Source of the DNA: a virus
Lineage: Duplodnaviria; Caudoviricetes
Strand: one strand, 5' to 3'
Length of the DNA: 31,701 nucleotides
Virus record (IMG/VR): IMGVR_UViG_3300044806_000461
Coordinates: 1-31,701 of that record
A program made the translations under genes and the position numbers. Of this stretch, positions 18,189 to 26,807 are shown piece after piece (position 1 is the first letter of the stretch; each line of letters begins with the position of its first letter). The notes beneath the pieces are model-generated. The model did not search any database. It was not told the origin of the DNA and saw only the letters and a program-made list of their open reading frames with translations.

Positions 18189-18365
18189 ATGAATAATTCA
18201 AATGAAAAAAAAGACATCGGAAAAAATATCCGTCTCGACACGCAGTGCTACGTCCTCCTCAAAAAAATGAAGGCCGAAAGACGTGCGCGCGGGGTGCGGA
18301 TGAGCGCGGGTGCCATCGTGGGCGAGCTCGTGAGCAGGGCGTCAAAAGAGGAGGAAAGCCAATGA
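18189..18365 (+). CDS. Small DNA-binding regulator (ribbon-helix-helix/Arc-like), probably leaderless
   Basis: KNIRLD strand followed by two helices; first early gene; no SD sequence before ATG 18189. Confidence 0.55.
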   Translation: MNNSNEKKDIGKNIRLDTQCYVLLKKMKAERRARGVRMSAGAIVGELVSRASKEEESQ

Positions 18366-19231
18366 AGCGCGGACAGACGTGGATGTACCCTTTCGACGGC
18401 TTCGATTGGCTCGGGCACTTTGACGGCAAAAGCGACCTGGACATCGTCGCTGATGTCCGGCAGGCGTGCGTGGACCTGAAGGGACACGCCGTCAGTCCTT
18501 CCGGAAAAACCTTTGTCGACCTCTGCGCACGCAACGTCGAGGCGATTAAACTAGCGCGGTCAGAAAAAATCCGCGCCGGACTGGAAAAAAAGAAGGGCAC
18601 AGAAAACACCGTGCCGCCCGGGAATGCAGAAAGCGGATGCCTCCAGGAAGGAGGAGGGGCTGCGCGCGCATCTGATACGACATGCGCGCATCCGGAGGCA
18701 CACGAGGTAGAAAGCGCTTCCGGAAGCTCCGGAAAATCAAGCTCGGTAACGCCGGAAGCCTCCGGCCGCGAGGCAGAGGAGGGCGCCATGGATTCCGCCC
18801 TTTGCACTTCCGGCGTTACCGTATCTATCTCGCGCAAGGACGCGCGCAGTGAGTTCGAGGCCTTCCGTAAGGCCTTCCCCGGGACGCGCCGAGGAGCCGA
18901 AGTCGAGTGGGAAAACTTTTCGAAGAAGAATTTTCCGAAAGACGTGCCCCTGCTGATGCCCGCCCTCATGCGCGAGATGGCGCATAGGGAAGAGTGCGCA
19001 CGCGTAGGGGCATTTGTGCCCGAATGGGCGAACCTGTCCACTTGGCTAAACCAAAGGCGCTGGACGCAAGAGTTCACCGCGCCCGTGGCCCCGCAGGTCC
19101 GGAAGACTTCCGAGGACATCGAGAATGAAAAGAAGGCGAAGTTTGTACAAATTCTGAATGACCGCGAAGCAGGAAATCCAGCGGGCGAAATCTACGACGC
19201 CGCCGATGACATCAAGGAGATTGACCCATGA
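18362..19231 (+). CDS. Replisome organiser / replication initiation-like protein
   Basis: C-terminal FEAFRKAFP...STWLNQRRW domain typical of phage initiators; RBS GAGG before ATG 18362. Confidence 0.75.
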   Translation: MKRGQTWMYPFDGFDWLGHFDGKSDLDIVADVRQACVDLKGHAVSPSGKTFVDLCARNVEAIKLARSEKIRAGLEKKKGTENTVPPGNAESGCLQEGGGAARASDTTCAHPEAHEVESASGSSGKSSSVTPEASGREAEEGAMDSALCTSGVTVSISRKDARSEFEAFRKAFPGTRRGAEVEWENFSKKNFPKDVPLLMPALMREMAHREECARVGAFVPEWANLSTWLNQRRWTQEFTAPVAPQVRKTSEDIENEKKAKFVQILNDREAGNPAGEIYDAADDIKEIDP

Positions 19232-19725
19232 CTGAAGCCATCCTAGTAGAGGCATATATGGACAACGTCATGCGTTGCTACGTGCTCTGTGACCGCAAGG
19301 CGCCTGAGATAAGCGTCATCCGCGAGCGAGTCCTTGACTATATCGCGAATTTGCCGAAGATAAAATTCGGGGATGTACGCCGACTTTTTGACTTAGCCCG
19401 GGCTAACTTCGGGCCTGTCCCGACGCTGAAAAATTTGTCCGATGCCGTCCCGCTCCTGAACGGCGAGCGGGAATCGTTCCGCGTCCCGCGCATAGGCAGG
19501 GCAGACGATACGCAGATGCAGAAAATTAACCGCGCCGAGGCGCTGAAAATTTTCGCGGAGCGAAACGGCACCTACGACGAGTACATGGCGGACCCGTCGG
19601 AGTACGCCTATCGGCATGGCTCCGAGCTACGGGCTATCTACGACTACGACAGCGCACCGCCGCCGGGATGCTGCGCGGGGCTGAATGATTTGCACATGTC
19701 CGGGCTAAAAAGGGAAAGACGATGA
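19228..19725 (+). CDS. Hypothetical protein, possibly a helicase loader
   Basis: Coupled to the initiator by a 4-bp overlap; F.PVPTL motif; function inferred from position only. Confidence 0.5.
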   Translation: MTEAILVEAYMDNVMRCYVLCDRKAPEISVIRERVLDYIANLPKIKFGDVRRLFDLARANFGPVPTLKNLSDAVPLLNGERESFRVPRIGRADDTQMQKINRAEALKIFAERNGTYDEYMADPSEYAYRHGSELRAIYDYDSAPPPGCCAGLNDLHMSGLKRERR

Positions 19726-19817
19726 AGGTCAACAAAAGCCTCATATCCCAGACATACGCCGATTATTTCGTGGACACTTTCATTTTCGGTACAAAATAAA
19801 ATTACAAAGAAGTAATT

Positions 19818-20192
19818 ATGGATAAAGTAAATCAAAAGAACTATTACGATTGCGCGGGAATCGAGACCGCCACTCTAATTGATGACATAATGTCGCGCGG
19901 TCTTCCGCCCGTCAAGGCTTATATGGTGGGAAAAGCAGCCCGATATGTCCTAAGTATGAGAAATAAAAAAGAGGACATAGAAATCGCCATTTTTAATGCG
20001 GAGAATTATCTTCATCGCGCACGTACTGGGAAGTGGATTGGCGAGCTAAGCAGATATGCCGAAAGAAAAAAGAAGATCAGGAATCAAAATTATTATTCTA
20101 AAAATAAAGAAAAAATTTGTGCGCGTCAAAAGGAACTCCGAAAAGAAAAGAAGGAAGAAAAAAACAAGAAGCGCATTGAGGACAACTTATGA
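19818..20192 (+). CDS. DUF3310-like protein with a Lys-rich tail
   Basis: NYY..AGIET...I...YMVGKAARYV..R.K......AENYL resembles DUF3310. Confidence 0.55.
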   Translation: MDKVNQKNYYDCAGIETATLIDDIMSRGLPPVKAYMVGKAARYVLSMRNKKEDIEIAIFNAENYLHRARTGKWIGELSRYAERKKKIRNQNYYSKNKEKICARQKELRKEKKEEKNKKRIEDNL

Positions 20193-20689
20193 CAGAGAAG
20201 GACGCAAGGCGTATTGAGGATAAATTATACCGTGACGCGCACCGCGATGAAATCAACGCACGGCGCCGCGCGTGGTACGCCGTTCCGGAGAACCGCGAGA
20301 AGCTCCGCGAAAGCCAGCGCGAGAGCTATCAGAAGAACAGGACTAAAATTCTGAAGAAGCAGAAGGAGTACATACAAAATAACAAAGACGCTGTCGCCGA
20401 GTACCATCGCGCGTATTATCAGACGCACAAGGAAAGGAACAACGAGAATGTAAAGCGCTGGTACCGAGAGCACCGGGAACACGCCCTTGAACTAAAAAGA
20501 GAGTACTACCGGAAGAACAAATGCAAGATTTTGAAAGAGCAGAAGCGGCACTCGGAAGCGAAGATCGGCGAGGGCGTGGCGAAGATAAAGAATTGCGCTG
20601 CGATGTACCGAGAGGCTGCTGACGCGATACGCACAAAGTTAATTAATGAAGCTGCACACAAAGGAACCAAAAATGAATTCTTTATTTAA
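20189..20689 (+). CDS. Lys/Arg/Glu-rich helical repeat protein
   Basis: Repeated YYxxNKEKI-like units; no HNH motif visible. Confidence 0.7.
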   Translation: MTEKDARRIEDKLYRDAHRDEINARRRAWYAVPENREKLRESQRESYQKNRTKILKKQKEYIQNNKDAVAEYHRAYYQTHKERNNENVKRWYREHREHALELKREYYRKNKCKILKEQKRHSEAKIGEGVAKIKNCAAMYREAADAIRTKLINEAAHKGTKNEFFI

Positions 20690-21404
20690 TGATTACGAAG
20701 GCTTTGTAGACAAGTTCAAGGTCAAAAAGACAACGGACGATTGCTATACGCCAGACGACGTTTACGACAAGGCTCTTGAATTTGTACGTAAAAACATAGA
20801 CATAACAGGGCTTCGCGTCGCCCGTCCATTTTTCCCGGGAGGGGACTACGAATCTTTTGATTACAATGGATCAATTGTAATCGACAACCCGCCGTTCTCG
20901 ATTATTTCTAAAATTGTAAGATTTTACTCGGAAATGAATATAAAGTTTTTCCTTTTCTGCCCTCATCTTACATCTTTTAACTTCCTATCAACTCCAAAAG
21001 TACAAGTCATAGTGAACGACGGTGATATCATTTATAAAAATGGGGCAGTAGTAAGAACTGATTTTGTAACAAACATTTTTCCTGGTTTAAAGGTCCTATA
21101 TCGTAAAGGCATAGTAACTAACAAAGTAAATAAAGTTGCTATACGAAAAATTAATTTTCCCGTGAACGTGTTCTCGTCGGCAAGAATAAAAAGAAGCCGT
21201 GATTTCGAGATAAAAGAAAATGAATGCGTATTTGAACAAACTATTGGAGGAACTAAAATTTTTGGAGGAGGAATCATCGTTTCGGATGCAGCGGCAAAGC
21301 GCGTAAAGGACGCGGAAATGAAGGACGCGGAAACAAACATACTATTAACTAATTCAGAAAAAGAGATCGTTAATTTTTTAAATAAAAAGGACCAGGACTT
21401 ATGA
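20673..21404 (+). CDS. DNA N6-adenine methyltransferase-like protein
   Basis: DDCYTP motif, RPFFPGGDY, catalytic VIDNPPFS; RBS AAGGA before ATG 20673. Confidence 0.75.
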   Translation: MNSLFNDYEGFVDKFKVKKTTDDCYTPDDVYDKALEFVRKNIDITGLRVARPFFPGGDYESFDYNGSIVIDNPPFSIISKIVRFYSEMNIKFFLFCPHLTSFNFLSTPKVQVIVNDGDIIYKNGAVVRTDFVTNIFPGLKVLYRKGIVTNKVNKVAIRKINFPVNVFSSARIKRSRDFEIKENECVFEQTIGGTKIFGGGIIVSDAAAKRVKDAEMKDAETNILLTNSEKEIVNFLNKKDQDL

Positions 21405-21775
21405 CTGCACACAAATCAAAAAGTTTCCGTTCCACAGAAGAAGCACTGCTTCAGAAGGAATGCGAGGTTTGGCTCACATTGAACGGCTACAAGTTCGTCC
21501 ACGTCCCGGGCTGCATCCAGCGTTATATATGGGGCACAGGACGAGGCAGCGTTCCGCCGCAAGTCGCCGTGGCGGCTAGCCGCTATCTCAAGGGAGTTCC
21601 GGACCTTCTAATTTACGACAAAGTAAACGAAGGCGGGCCCGTGCGCGCGTGGATTGTTGAGCTCAAGAGCGAGCGCGGAAAGCCCACTCCGGAACAACTT
21701 GAGTGGCAGGGCTTCGGGATGCGCGTTGTCCGGTCGCTGGATGAGCTGATGAAGGTTGTATTATGCACAAAGTAA
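21401..21775 (+). CDS. VRR-NUC (PD-(D/E)xK) nuclease / resolvase
   Basis: E..LQ, GVPDL, VELKSERGKPTPEQ motifs. Confidence 0.88.
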   Translation: MTAHKSKSFRSTEEALLQKECEVWLTLNGYKFVHVPGCIQRYIWGTGRGSVPPQVAVAASRYLKGVPDLLIYDKVNEGGPVRAWIVELKSERGKPTPEQLEWQGFGMRVVRSLDELMKVVLCTK

Positions 21776-22056
21776 AATCGAGCTTGAAAGTATTTTGTGT
21801 GTACGGGTACGACCCTCCCATTTCATTTGACGTGCCCGAGGATTTCTTTGTGCATCACGCACAAAGTAACAGATGGTACTACTGCTTTTTTTCCGAGCGC
21901 GAGGCGCTCACTTTTTTGGCGATGCACGCGCGCATCGAGGAGGAGCTCGCAGAGGCGTTCTGGCCAGATGGGCGCGATGGGCGCGATGGTATTGTAAACA
22001 AAACTAAACAACGTGGCGTTTTTAGCGTAATTTCGCAATGTGAGCTATTTGCGTAA
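21763..22056 (+). CDS. Hypothetical protein (97 aa)
   Basis: Overlaps the VRR-NUC stop; ends just before the next promoter. Confidence 0.55.
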   Translation: MHKVKSSLKVFCVYGYDPPISFDVPEDFFVHHAQSNRWYYCFFSEREALTFLAMHARIEEELAEAFWPDGRDGRDGIVNKTKQRGVFSVISQCELFA

Positions 22057-22088
22057 GTAAAAAGTAAGAAATATTTGTAGTTTCCCGC

Positions 22089-22117
22089 TTGACAAGTGGC
22101 AAAAAAAGAGATATATT
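22089..22117 (+). promoter_or_regulatory. Strong sigma70-like promoter
   Basis: TTGACA-N17-TATATT; followed by an imperfect leader hairpin at 22123-22152. Confidence 0.85.
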
Positions 22118-22170
22118 ATTGGGGTAACGGCGGCGACGGTGCCGACGCTACCAAAAAAGAGGATAAAAAA

Positions 22171-22308
22171 ATGAAATTTATACCATGCAAATATCGTTAT
22201 CAGGCTATCAAACAAATGCCAGAGTGCTGCGTCATCAAAAAAGTCTGTGGAGGATACGCTGGTTTTGAAACTGTCACCGATTTTGAAATTTGGAAAAATC
22301 AAAAATAA
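22171..22308 (+). CDS. Small hypothetical protein (45 aa)
   Basis: RBS GAGGA then ATG 22171; MKFIPCKYRYQAIKQMP... Confidence 0.7.
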   Translation: MKFIPCKYRYQAIKQMPECCVIKKVCGGYAGFETVTDFEIWKNQK

Positions 22309-22359
22309 AGCGCGCAAAAAATTTTACATAAACCAGAGGATAAACTAATAGGAGCATTT

Positions 22360-22701
22360 ATGTACAAAAAAACAGATCTTGAATTTTCCGTGCGCTGTGG
22401 CATCTGCGATGCGCTCTACGGAAAAGAGAGCATAAAGTGCACGAGCTTCGAAAGGAAGCCTTACTATCAAGTGGAGATTAGTTGCGGTAAGCTTGCTCCA
22501 GGATGGGTGCAGGTGCGCGCCTCGCTGATGTCTTTTAACGGCGCGCAGACCCTGCGCGTGATGCAGGGTGACGGCCTCGGCGGCACTGAAAAAACTTTGT
22601 ACGAAACCGAGCTCGTCAAAGGGGGGCTCGTGTCCGTAAAGCGCCTAGCGGCGATTACGGACAAAGTAACTGACATCATCTGGGAGGCTTGCTATGCTTG
22701 A
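22360..22701 (+). CDS. Hypothetical protein (113 aa)
   Basis: RBS AGGAG; overlaps the ERF start. Confidence 0.75.
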   Translation: MYKKTDLEFSVRCGICDALYGKESIKCTSFERKPYYQVEISCGKLAPGWVQVRASLMSFNGAQTLRVMQGDGLGGTEKTLYETELVKGGLVSVKRLAAITDKVTDIIWEACYA

Positions 22702-23362
22702 TGAGCTTGTTTACATACAAAGTAAGACGCATTGCGGAAAAGGCAGGAAAAACGAATTCGGAGGCTTCCGCTACCGCTCCTGCTCTGACATTCTGGAGGC
22801 GGTCAAGCCCGTGCTAGCAGAAAAGGGCGCCGTAATCACCATTACCGATAACGTTGTCCTAATTGGCGAGCGCTACTATGTCGTAGCGACGGCCAAGATA
22901 AAGACTCCGGGTGGCGAGGAAAGTTGCACGGCCTTTGCCCGGGAGCCCTTGTCGCGCAAGGGAATGGACGAGGCTCAGGTTACAGGGTCTTCGAGCTCTT
23001 ACGCCCGGAAATACGCGCTCTGCGGGCTGCTCGCAATCGATGAAAGCGAAGACCCAGATGACGCGGACAACCGCCCACCTGCCGATCACGGACAAACTAA
23101 CAAAACTCAACCGCCGCAAACAAAGAAGCCATCTGTGCCGACCACTCCGTCCGCGCCGAAGCCGCTCACGGACGCTGAAAAAAAGACATCCTTCCTAGCG
23201 CAGATGAAGGCTTACGCACAAACTAACCGAGAGGCCTACCTAGCCAAAATGGGGGAGATTGGCTTTGAATCTGCGAAGGATGTTCCGGCGTCTCAAATGG
23301 CGCAAGTAGAAGTCGCCGTCAAAAACGCCGTCACTAAACCCAAAAATGGAGAAGCAAAATGA
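22694..23362 (+). CDS. erf: ERF-family single-strand annealing protein
   Basis: NEFGGFRYRSCSDILEAVKP and AQVTGSSSSYARKYALCGLLAID motifs. Confidence 0.92.
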   Translation: MLDELVYIQSKTHCGKGRKNEFGGFRYRSCSDILEAVKPVLAEKGAVITITDNVVLIGERYYVVATAKIKTPGGEESCTAFAREPLSRKGMDEAQVTGSSSSYARKYALCGLLAIDESEDPDDADNRPPADHGQTNKTQPPQTKKPSVPTTPSAPKPLTDAEKKTSFLAQMKAYAQTNREAYLAKMGEIGFESAKDVPASQMAQVEVAVKNAVTKPKNGEAK

Positions 23363-23856
23363 AAAGTGAAATAGTCCCTATGTGCGACGTACTCGCCGCA
23401 CTCAACACAAACGAATCCGCAAAGTCCGCTATGGCCGTTGCCGCCCGAGCCGCAAAGGAATTGCAGACAAGCGGAGACATCAGCGAGGCCACGAAGAAAG
23501 AGCTTTCGCGGAACGCCATCGGATTCCACGGAGCGATGGAATGGCGGGAGCGCACATCCGCCGTCGCAAAAAGGATTGGGGAAGTCACTGAATTTGTGTG
23601 CAACGTGACGGAAATTGACGGTTTCCATTGGCAGAAAACAGGGGCCACGAAAAACGTCATTGACCTTGCAGCCCTTGCAAAACGGGCCTCCGAAGACGGT
23701 CACTGCGGGATAGACGCGTTTCTTTCCATCGCGAAAGTGTCCGTCAAGGACGCCGCGGAGTGTTGCGGGATGAGCGAGCCGGCATTTCTTGAAAGCTACG
23801 GCGACCTGTGCGAGGTCAAGGAAAAGAAACCTGCACTCAAGAGGGTTTATCAATGA
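23359..23856 (+). CDS. Hypothetical protein (165 aa); resembles the non-catalytic C-terminal half of DUF2800 proteins
   Basis: EIDGF...GDLCEVKEKKPAL pattern; 4-bp overlaps with neighbours. Confidence 0.5.
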   Translation: MKSEIVPMCDVLAALNTNESAKSAMAVAARAAKELQTSGDISEATKKELSRNAIGFHGAMEWRERTSAVAKRIGEVTEFVCNVTEIDGFHWQKTGATKNVIDLAALAKRASEDGHCGIDAFLSIAKVSVKDAAECCGMSEPAFLESYGDLCEVKEKKPALKRVYQ

Positions 23857-24035
23857 GCACTAGAACAACTTTGTATGTAATCAAGAAGAAGGATGCGCAC
23901 GGTCATTGGTACTATGACGGTACCTGCGATTTTGACACCGCCATCGCGTCTTGCTTCGGAAAAGGCCCCGTGATGCTCGAGCCCATCGCTAGGAACTATT
24001 TCCATTTTGGACAAAGTAACAAGGATAAAAAATGA
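23853..24035 (+). CDS. Hypothetical protein (60 aa)
   Basis: ATGA overlaps at both ends; MSTRTTLYVIKKK... Confidence 0.7.
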   Translation: MSTRTTLYVIKKKDAHGHWYYDGTCDFDTAIASCFGKGPVMLEPIARNYFHFGQSNKDKK

Positions 24036-24616
24036 ATCACGAACTAACTTCTTTTTTGACGCGAAATCACGCCAGCCGCGAGGTCCTCTCGCGCCTCGCT
24101 GCGACAGGTGCGGCGACGCCCGAGGAGACGTGGGCGCGCGCCAATGCACGCGACCTAGTATGGGCAGTGACCCGCCCGGGCGTGATGAGCGATGACCAGC
24201 GGCGGAGATTTTTGAGCGAGGCCGTGCTTGCGCCCATCGAGCATCTGCTGACCGACGAGCGGTCGAAAAACATCCTCCAAAAGCTGCGCACAAACGAGCC
24301 GATAACTGCGGCGGACAGGTGGGCGGCTTCTCAGGCGGCGGAGGCGGCGGCGGATGAATATGCGTCGTGGGCGGCGTCGTGGGCTGCGGCGGATGCGGCG
24401 TCGTGGGCTGCGGCGTCGTGGGCGGCGGCTTCTCAGGCGGCGGCGGCGGTGGCGAAGGCGGAGGATGCGGATGCGGCGGCGGAGCGGGCGGTGGATGCGG
24501 CATCGTTGGCGGCGGAGGATGCGGATGCGTCGTGGGCGTCGTGGGCGGCGGCGCGTGAGGCGCAGGCCAGATGGCTGCGCAACAACTTTGTCCTGACTGA
24601 TTTAAACATAAAATAA
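24032..24616 (+). CDS. Ala-rich helical repeat protein, paralogue 1
   Basis: About 90-aa N-domain shared with 26804..27337; AASWAAA repeats. Confidence 0.85.
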   Translation: MNHELTSFLTRNHASREVLSRLAATGAATPEETWARANARDLVWAVTRPGVMSDDQRRRFLSEAVLAPIEHLLTDERSKNILQKLRTNEPITAADRWAASQAAEAAADEYASWAASWAAADAASWAAASWAAASQAAAAVAKAEDADAAAERAVDAASLAAEDADASWASWAAAREAQARWLRNNFVLTDLNIK

Positions 24617-24628
24617 CAAGGAGAAACA

Positions 24629-25072
24629 ATGACAGAAAACATGAAAGATTTGAATTTTGTTCTGCTTGAGGGCCGTTGCGGTAAGGACGCGGAAGTCCGA
24701 AACGGTGCGGACGGTACGCCGTCGGTGGTGACGTTCAGCTTAGCTACATCAAGCTCTCACAAAGACAAAAGCACTCAAGATTGGATAGAGGACACCGAGT
24801 GGCACAACGTCAAGGTATTCGTGAGAGGCGCTTCCTACGCGGCCAACGCCGTGCGAAAAGGCTGTTCCGTGCGCGTCACCGGGCGCGTGCATTACAACTC
24901 GTTCACTGGAGCGGATGGCGTCAAGAAAACGTACACCGAGATCATTGCCGACAACGTTGTGTGCTGCCACAAGCGTGAGGCTCCTACGCAGCCTCCGCGC
25001 AATCAGCCCGGGGAATATGAGCAGCCCGCAGGCCTTGAAAAAAAAGGCGCCGCCGACGACATCCCATTTTAA
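24629..25072 (+). CDS. ssb: Single-stranded DNA-binding protein
   Basis: NFVLLEGRCGKDAE, FSLAT, TEWHNV, acidic DDIPF tail. Confidence 0.95.
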   Translation: MTENMKDLNFVLLEGRCGKDAEVRNGADGTPSVVTFSLATSSSHKDKSTQDWIEDTEWHNVKVFVRGASYAANAVRKGCSVRVTGRVHYNSFTGADGVKKTYTEIIADNVVCCHKREAPTQPPRNQPGEYEQPAGLEKKGAADDIPF

Positions 25073-25088
25073 TTTGATCCTGACACTC

Positions 25089-25147
25089 TTCCGGCGGAGA
25101 CGATCACCGGAATTTTTTTACAACGTCACCGGAATTTTTTTACAACG
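25089..25147 (+). terminator. Probable terminator with a 22-bp tandem duplication
   Basis: TTCCGG...CCGGAA stem followed by T7; TCACCGGAATTTTTTTACAACG at 25104-25125 and 25126-25147. Confidence 0.6.
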
Positions 25148-25168
25148 TATAAATATAATTTAAATATG

Positions 25169-25197
25169 TTGCACGTTGCCAACTGATTATTTATTTT
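25169..25197 (+). promoter_or_regulatory. Possible sigma70-like promoter
   Basis: TTGCAC-N17-TATTTT in an AT-rich intergenic gap. Confidence 0.45.
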
Positions 25198-25221
25198 TGT
25201 AACATCAACAAAGGATAAAAA

Positions 25222-25590
25222 ATGAATCACGAACAAACTATCTGCTATATGGTCATTAAGATTCTCAATGACCCTTTCCTTTATCTTCTCCGGCTGCGTA
25301 AGAATAAAGCCCGAGATGTGGCGGAAAGGACCATCTCCGCGCACAAAGTTTTAGATAAAGGGGCGGTTGTGCCTGAAGCCGAAGAGAATTATTCAGAGGC
25401 CGATGCGGACGATATGCTTTTCAAGACGATGGTTTTCAAGAGCGTGTCCGATGCCCTGAAGACACTGCCCCGCGTCCTTCCGAAGCCCTGCGATGAGGCC
25501 ACATTGCGCAAGACTTATGACGTGGTTGACTTCCCGGATGCCTGGATTGCGTGCATCGAAAAGCCGGAGGCCAACGGTGCCGCCGTTTGA
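25222..25590 (+). CDS. Hypothetical protein (122 aa)
   Basis: RBS AAGGA; start region identical to that of gene 24032. Confidence 0.75.
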   Translation: MNHEQTICYMVIKILNDPFLYLLRLRKNKARDVAERTISAHKVLDKGAVVPEAEENYSEADADDMLFKTMVFKSVSDALKTLPRVLPKPCDEATLRKTYDVVDFPDAWIACIEKPEANGAAV

Positions 25591-25753
25591 TGACGCGGTC
25601 ATTCCCTTCCTTCTCGGGGCGCTTGCAATGCTTATCTTGTGCGTGATGGCACTCGATGCCATCGGCAAGATGGACATCGCGAAAAAGCGCCGCGAACGCG
25701 ACAAGAGGGAATACCTGCGGAGCCTTGAAAACAAAGGTCCGGACGATGAATGA
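25577..25753 (+). CDS. Small single-pass membrane protein
   Basis: GGAGG then GTG 25577; hydrophobic VIPFLLGALAMLILCVMAL followed by a basic tail. Confidence 0.65.
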   Translation: MPPFDDAVIPFLLGALAMLILCVMALDAIGKMDIAKKRRERDKREYLRSLENKGPDDE

Positions 25754-26033
25754 CGAAGCAATCTTTCCTTTCCAGAACCCTTGCGGGCCACGTGTTTCAA
25801 GGCGTGAAGGACGCGAACTTCTGATACGCGCGAACCGCTTCCGGAACAGGAAAGAAAATATTGACGTTTGTATGCAATGCTTTCACATAAGCGAGCACGC
25901 CGATTGCAAGGCGTGCCTGCTTTGCATACAAAACGGAAAAGCTAAAAAGAGATCGGAAAAGCTAAAAAGAGATATTAAAATGGGATGCAAATTCTGTAAA
26001 ATTAAAAGTCCGTTATGCGGACGAAAACTTTAG
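25746..26033 (+). CDS. Cys-rich hypothetical protein
   Basis: ATG 25746 overlaps the upstream stop; several CxxC motifs. Confidence 0.6.
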   Translation: MNDEAIFPFQNPCGPRVSRREGRELLIRANRFRNRKENIDVCMQCFHISEHADCKACLLCIQNGKAKKRSEKLKRDIKMGCKFCKIKSPLCGRKL

Positions 26034-26041
26034 GAGTAAAG

Positions 26042-26539
26042 ATGCAATATAAAGAAAGAGACATAGTAGAGTTTAGGCCGACCATCAGTACCGCCTTTAC
26101 CCGTCCAAAAAAAATGATAGTGTGGAACTCCTCTGATCAAGGAGAAAAAAAAATGAAGATAAAAAATGTCTACGCTATTTTTGTATCAATAGACGGAATT
26201 AAAATTTTTTGCGAACTGGGAAATATGGGTTACATCGCGCTAGATCATTGCGCCGACGTCCATCAACCAAATCAAAAATATCTTAATTTTTTGGAAAGGC
26301 AACAACTTGGATCTGGACTTTCACCAGAAAGATTAATTGAGTATGACTTGACGAAACAAAGTAGTTGCGCACTGTGCCCAGCCAAAATTGAATGTGAAGG
26401 CTACACAATATTAAAAAATTCTGGCGGATGGAATGGTTTCGGTTATGGCCCTTGTCGGAATTGTTTTTTAAAATGGGCTACTACCGAACTTACAGAAAAT
26501 GACACAATCATTCATGAGGTAATTAAAAATGAAGACTAA
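26042..26539 (+). CDS. Hypothetical protein (AT-rich, Cys-containing)
   Basis: RBS AGGAG then ATG 26042. Confidence 0.7.
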   Translation: MQYKERDIVEFRPTISTAFTRPKKMIVWNSSDQGEKKMKIKNVYAIFVSIDGIKIFCELGNMGYIALDHCADVHQPNQKYLNFLERQQLGSGLSPERLIEYDLTKQSSCALCPAKIECEGYTILKNSGGWNGFGYGPCRNCFLKWATTELTENDTIIHEVIKNED

Positions 26540-26807
26540 GTACAAAGTAAGCGAACTCGTGAATTTCCTTGAGAATTACGGTCGCGCTAACCGCAAGGAC
26601 AAGCGCAAGATGGCGGACGACTTCGGCATCGGAATACAGGCTGCGAGCCGCCTCGCTGGATATTTCGGGCTTTCCACAGCGTGCAAACGCATTGACCGCG
26701 ATGCAGTTGCGAAGGCTCTTGCGGAGGGCCTTCCCGTGGCTAAAGTCGCGGAGACGTGCGGGGTTTCCAAAAATTCCGTTTACAGACAAATTAAGGATAA
26801 AAAATGA
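26529..26807 (+). CDS. Helix-turn-helix DNA-binding protein (two HTH units)
   Basis: RKMADDFGIGIQAASRL and VAKVAETCGVSKNSVYR. Confidence 0.85.
   Translation: MKTKYKVSELVNFLENYGRANRKDKRKMADDFGIGIQAASRLAGYFGLSTACKRIDRDAVAKALAEGLPVAKVAETCGVSKNSVYRQIKDKK

Noticed and set aside
23850-24629. Pro-rich, Arg-rich and Gly/Cys-rich alternative-frame ORFs (also 27039-27374)
   Set aside because: Alternative readings of the GCG repeats of the Ala-rich genes
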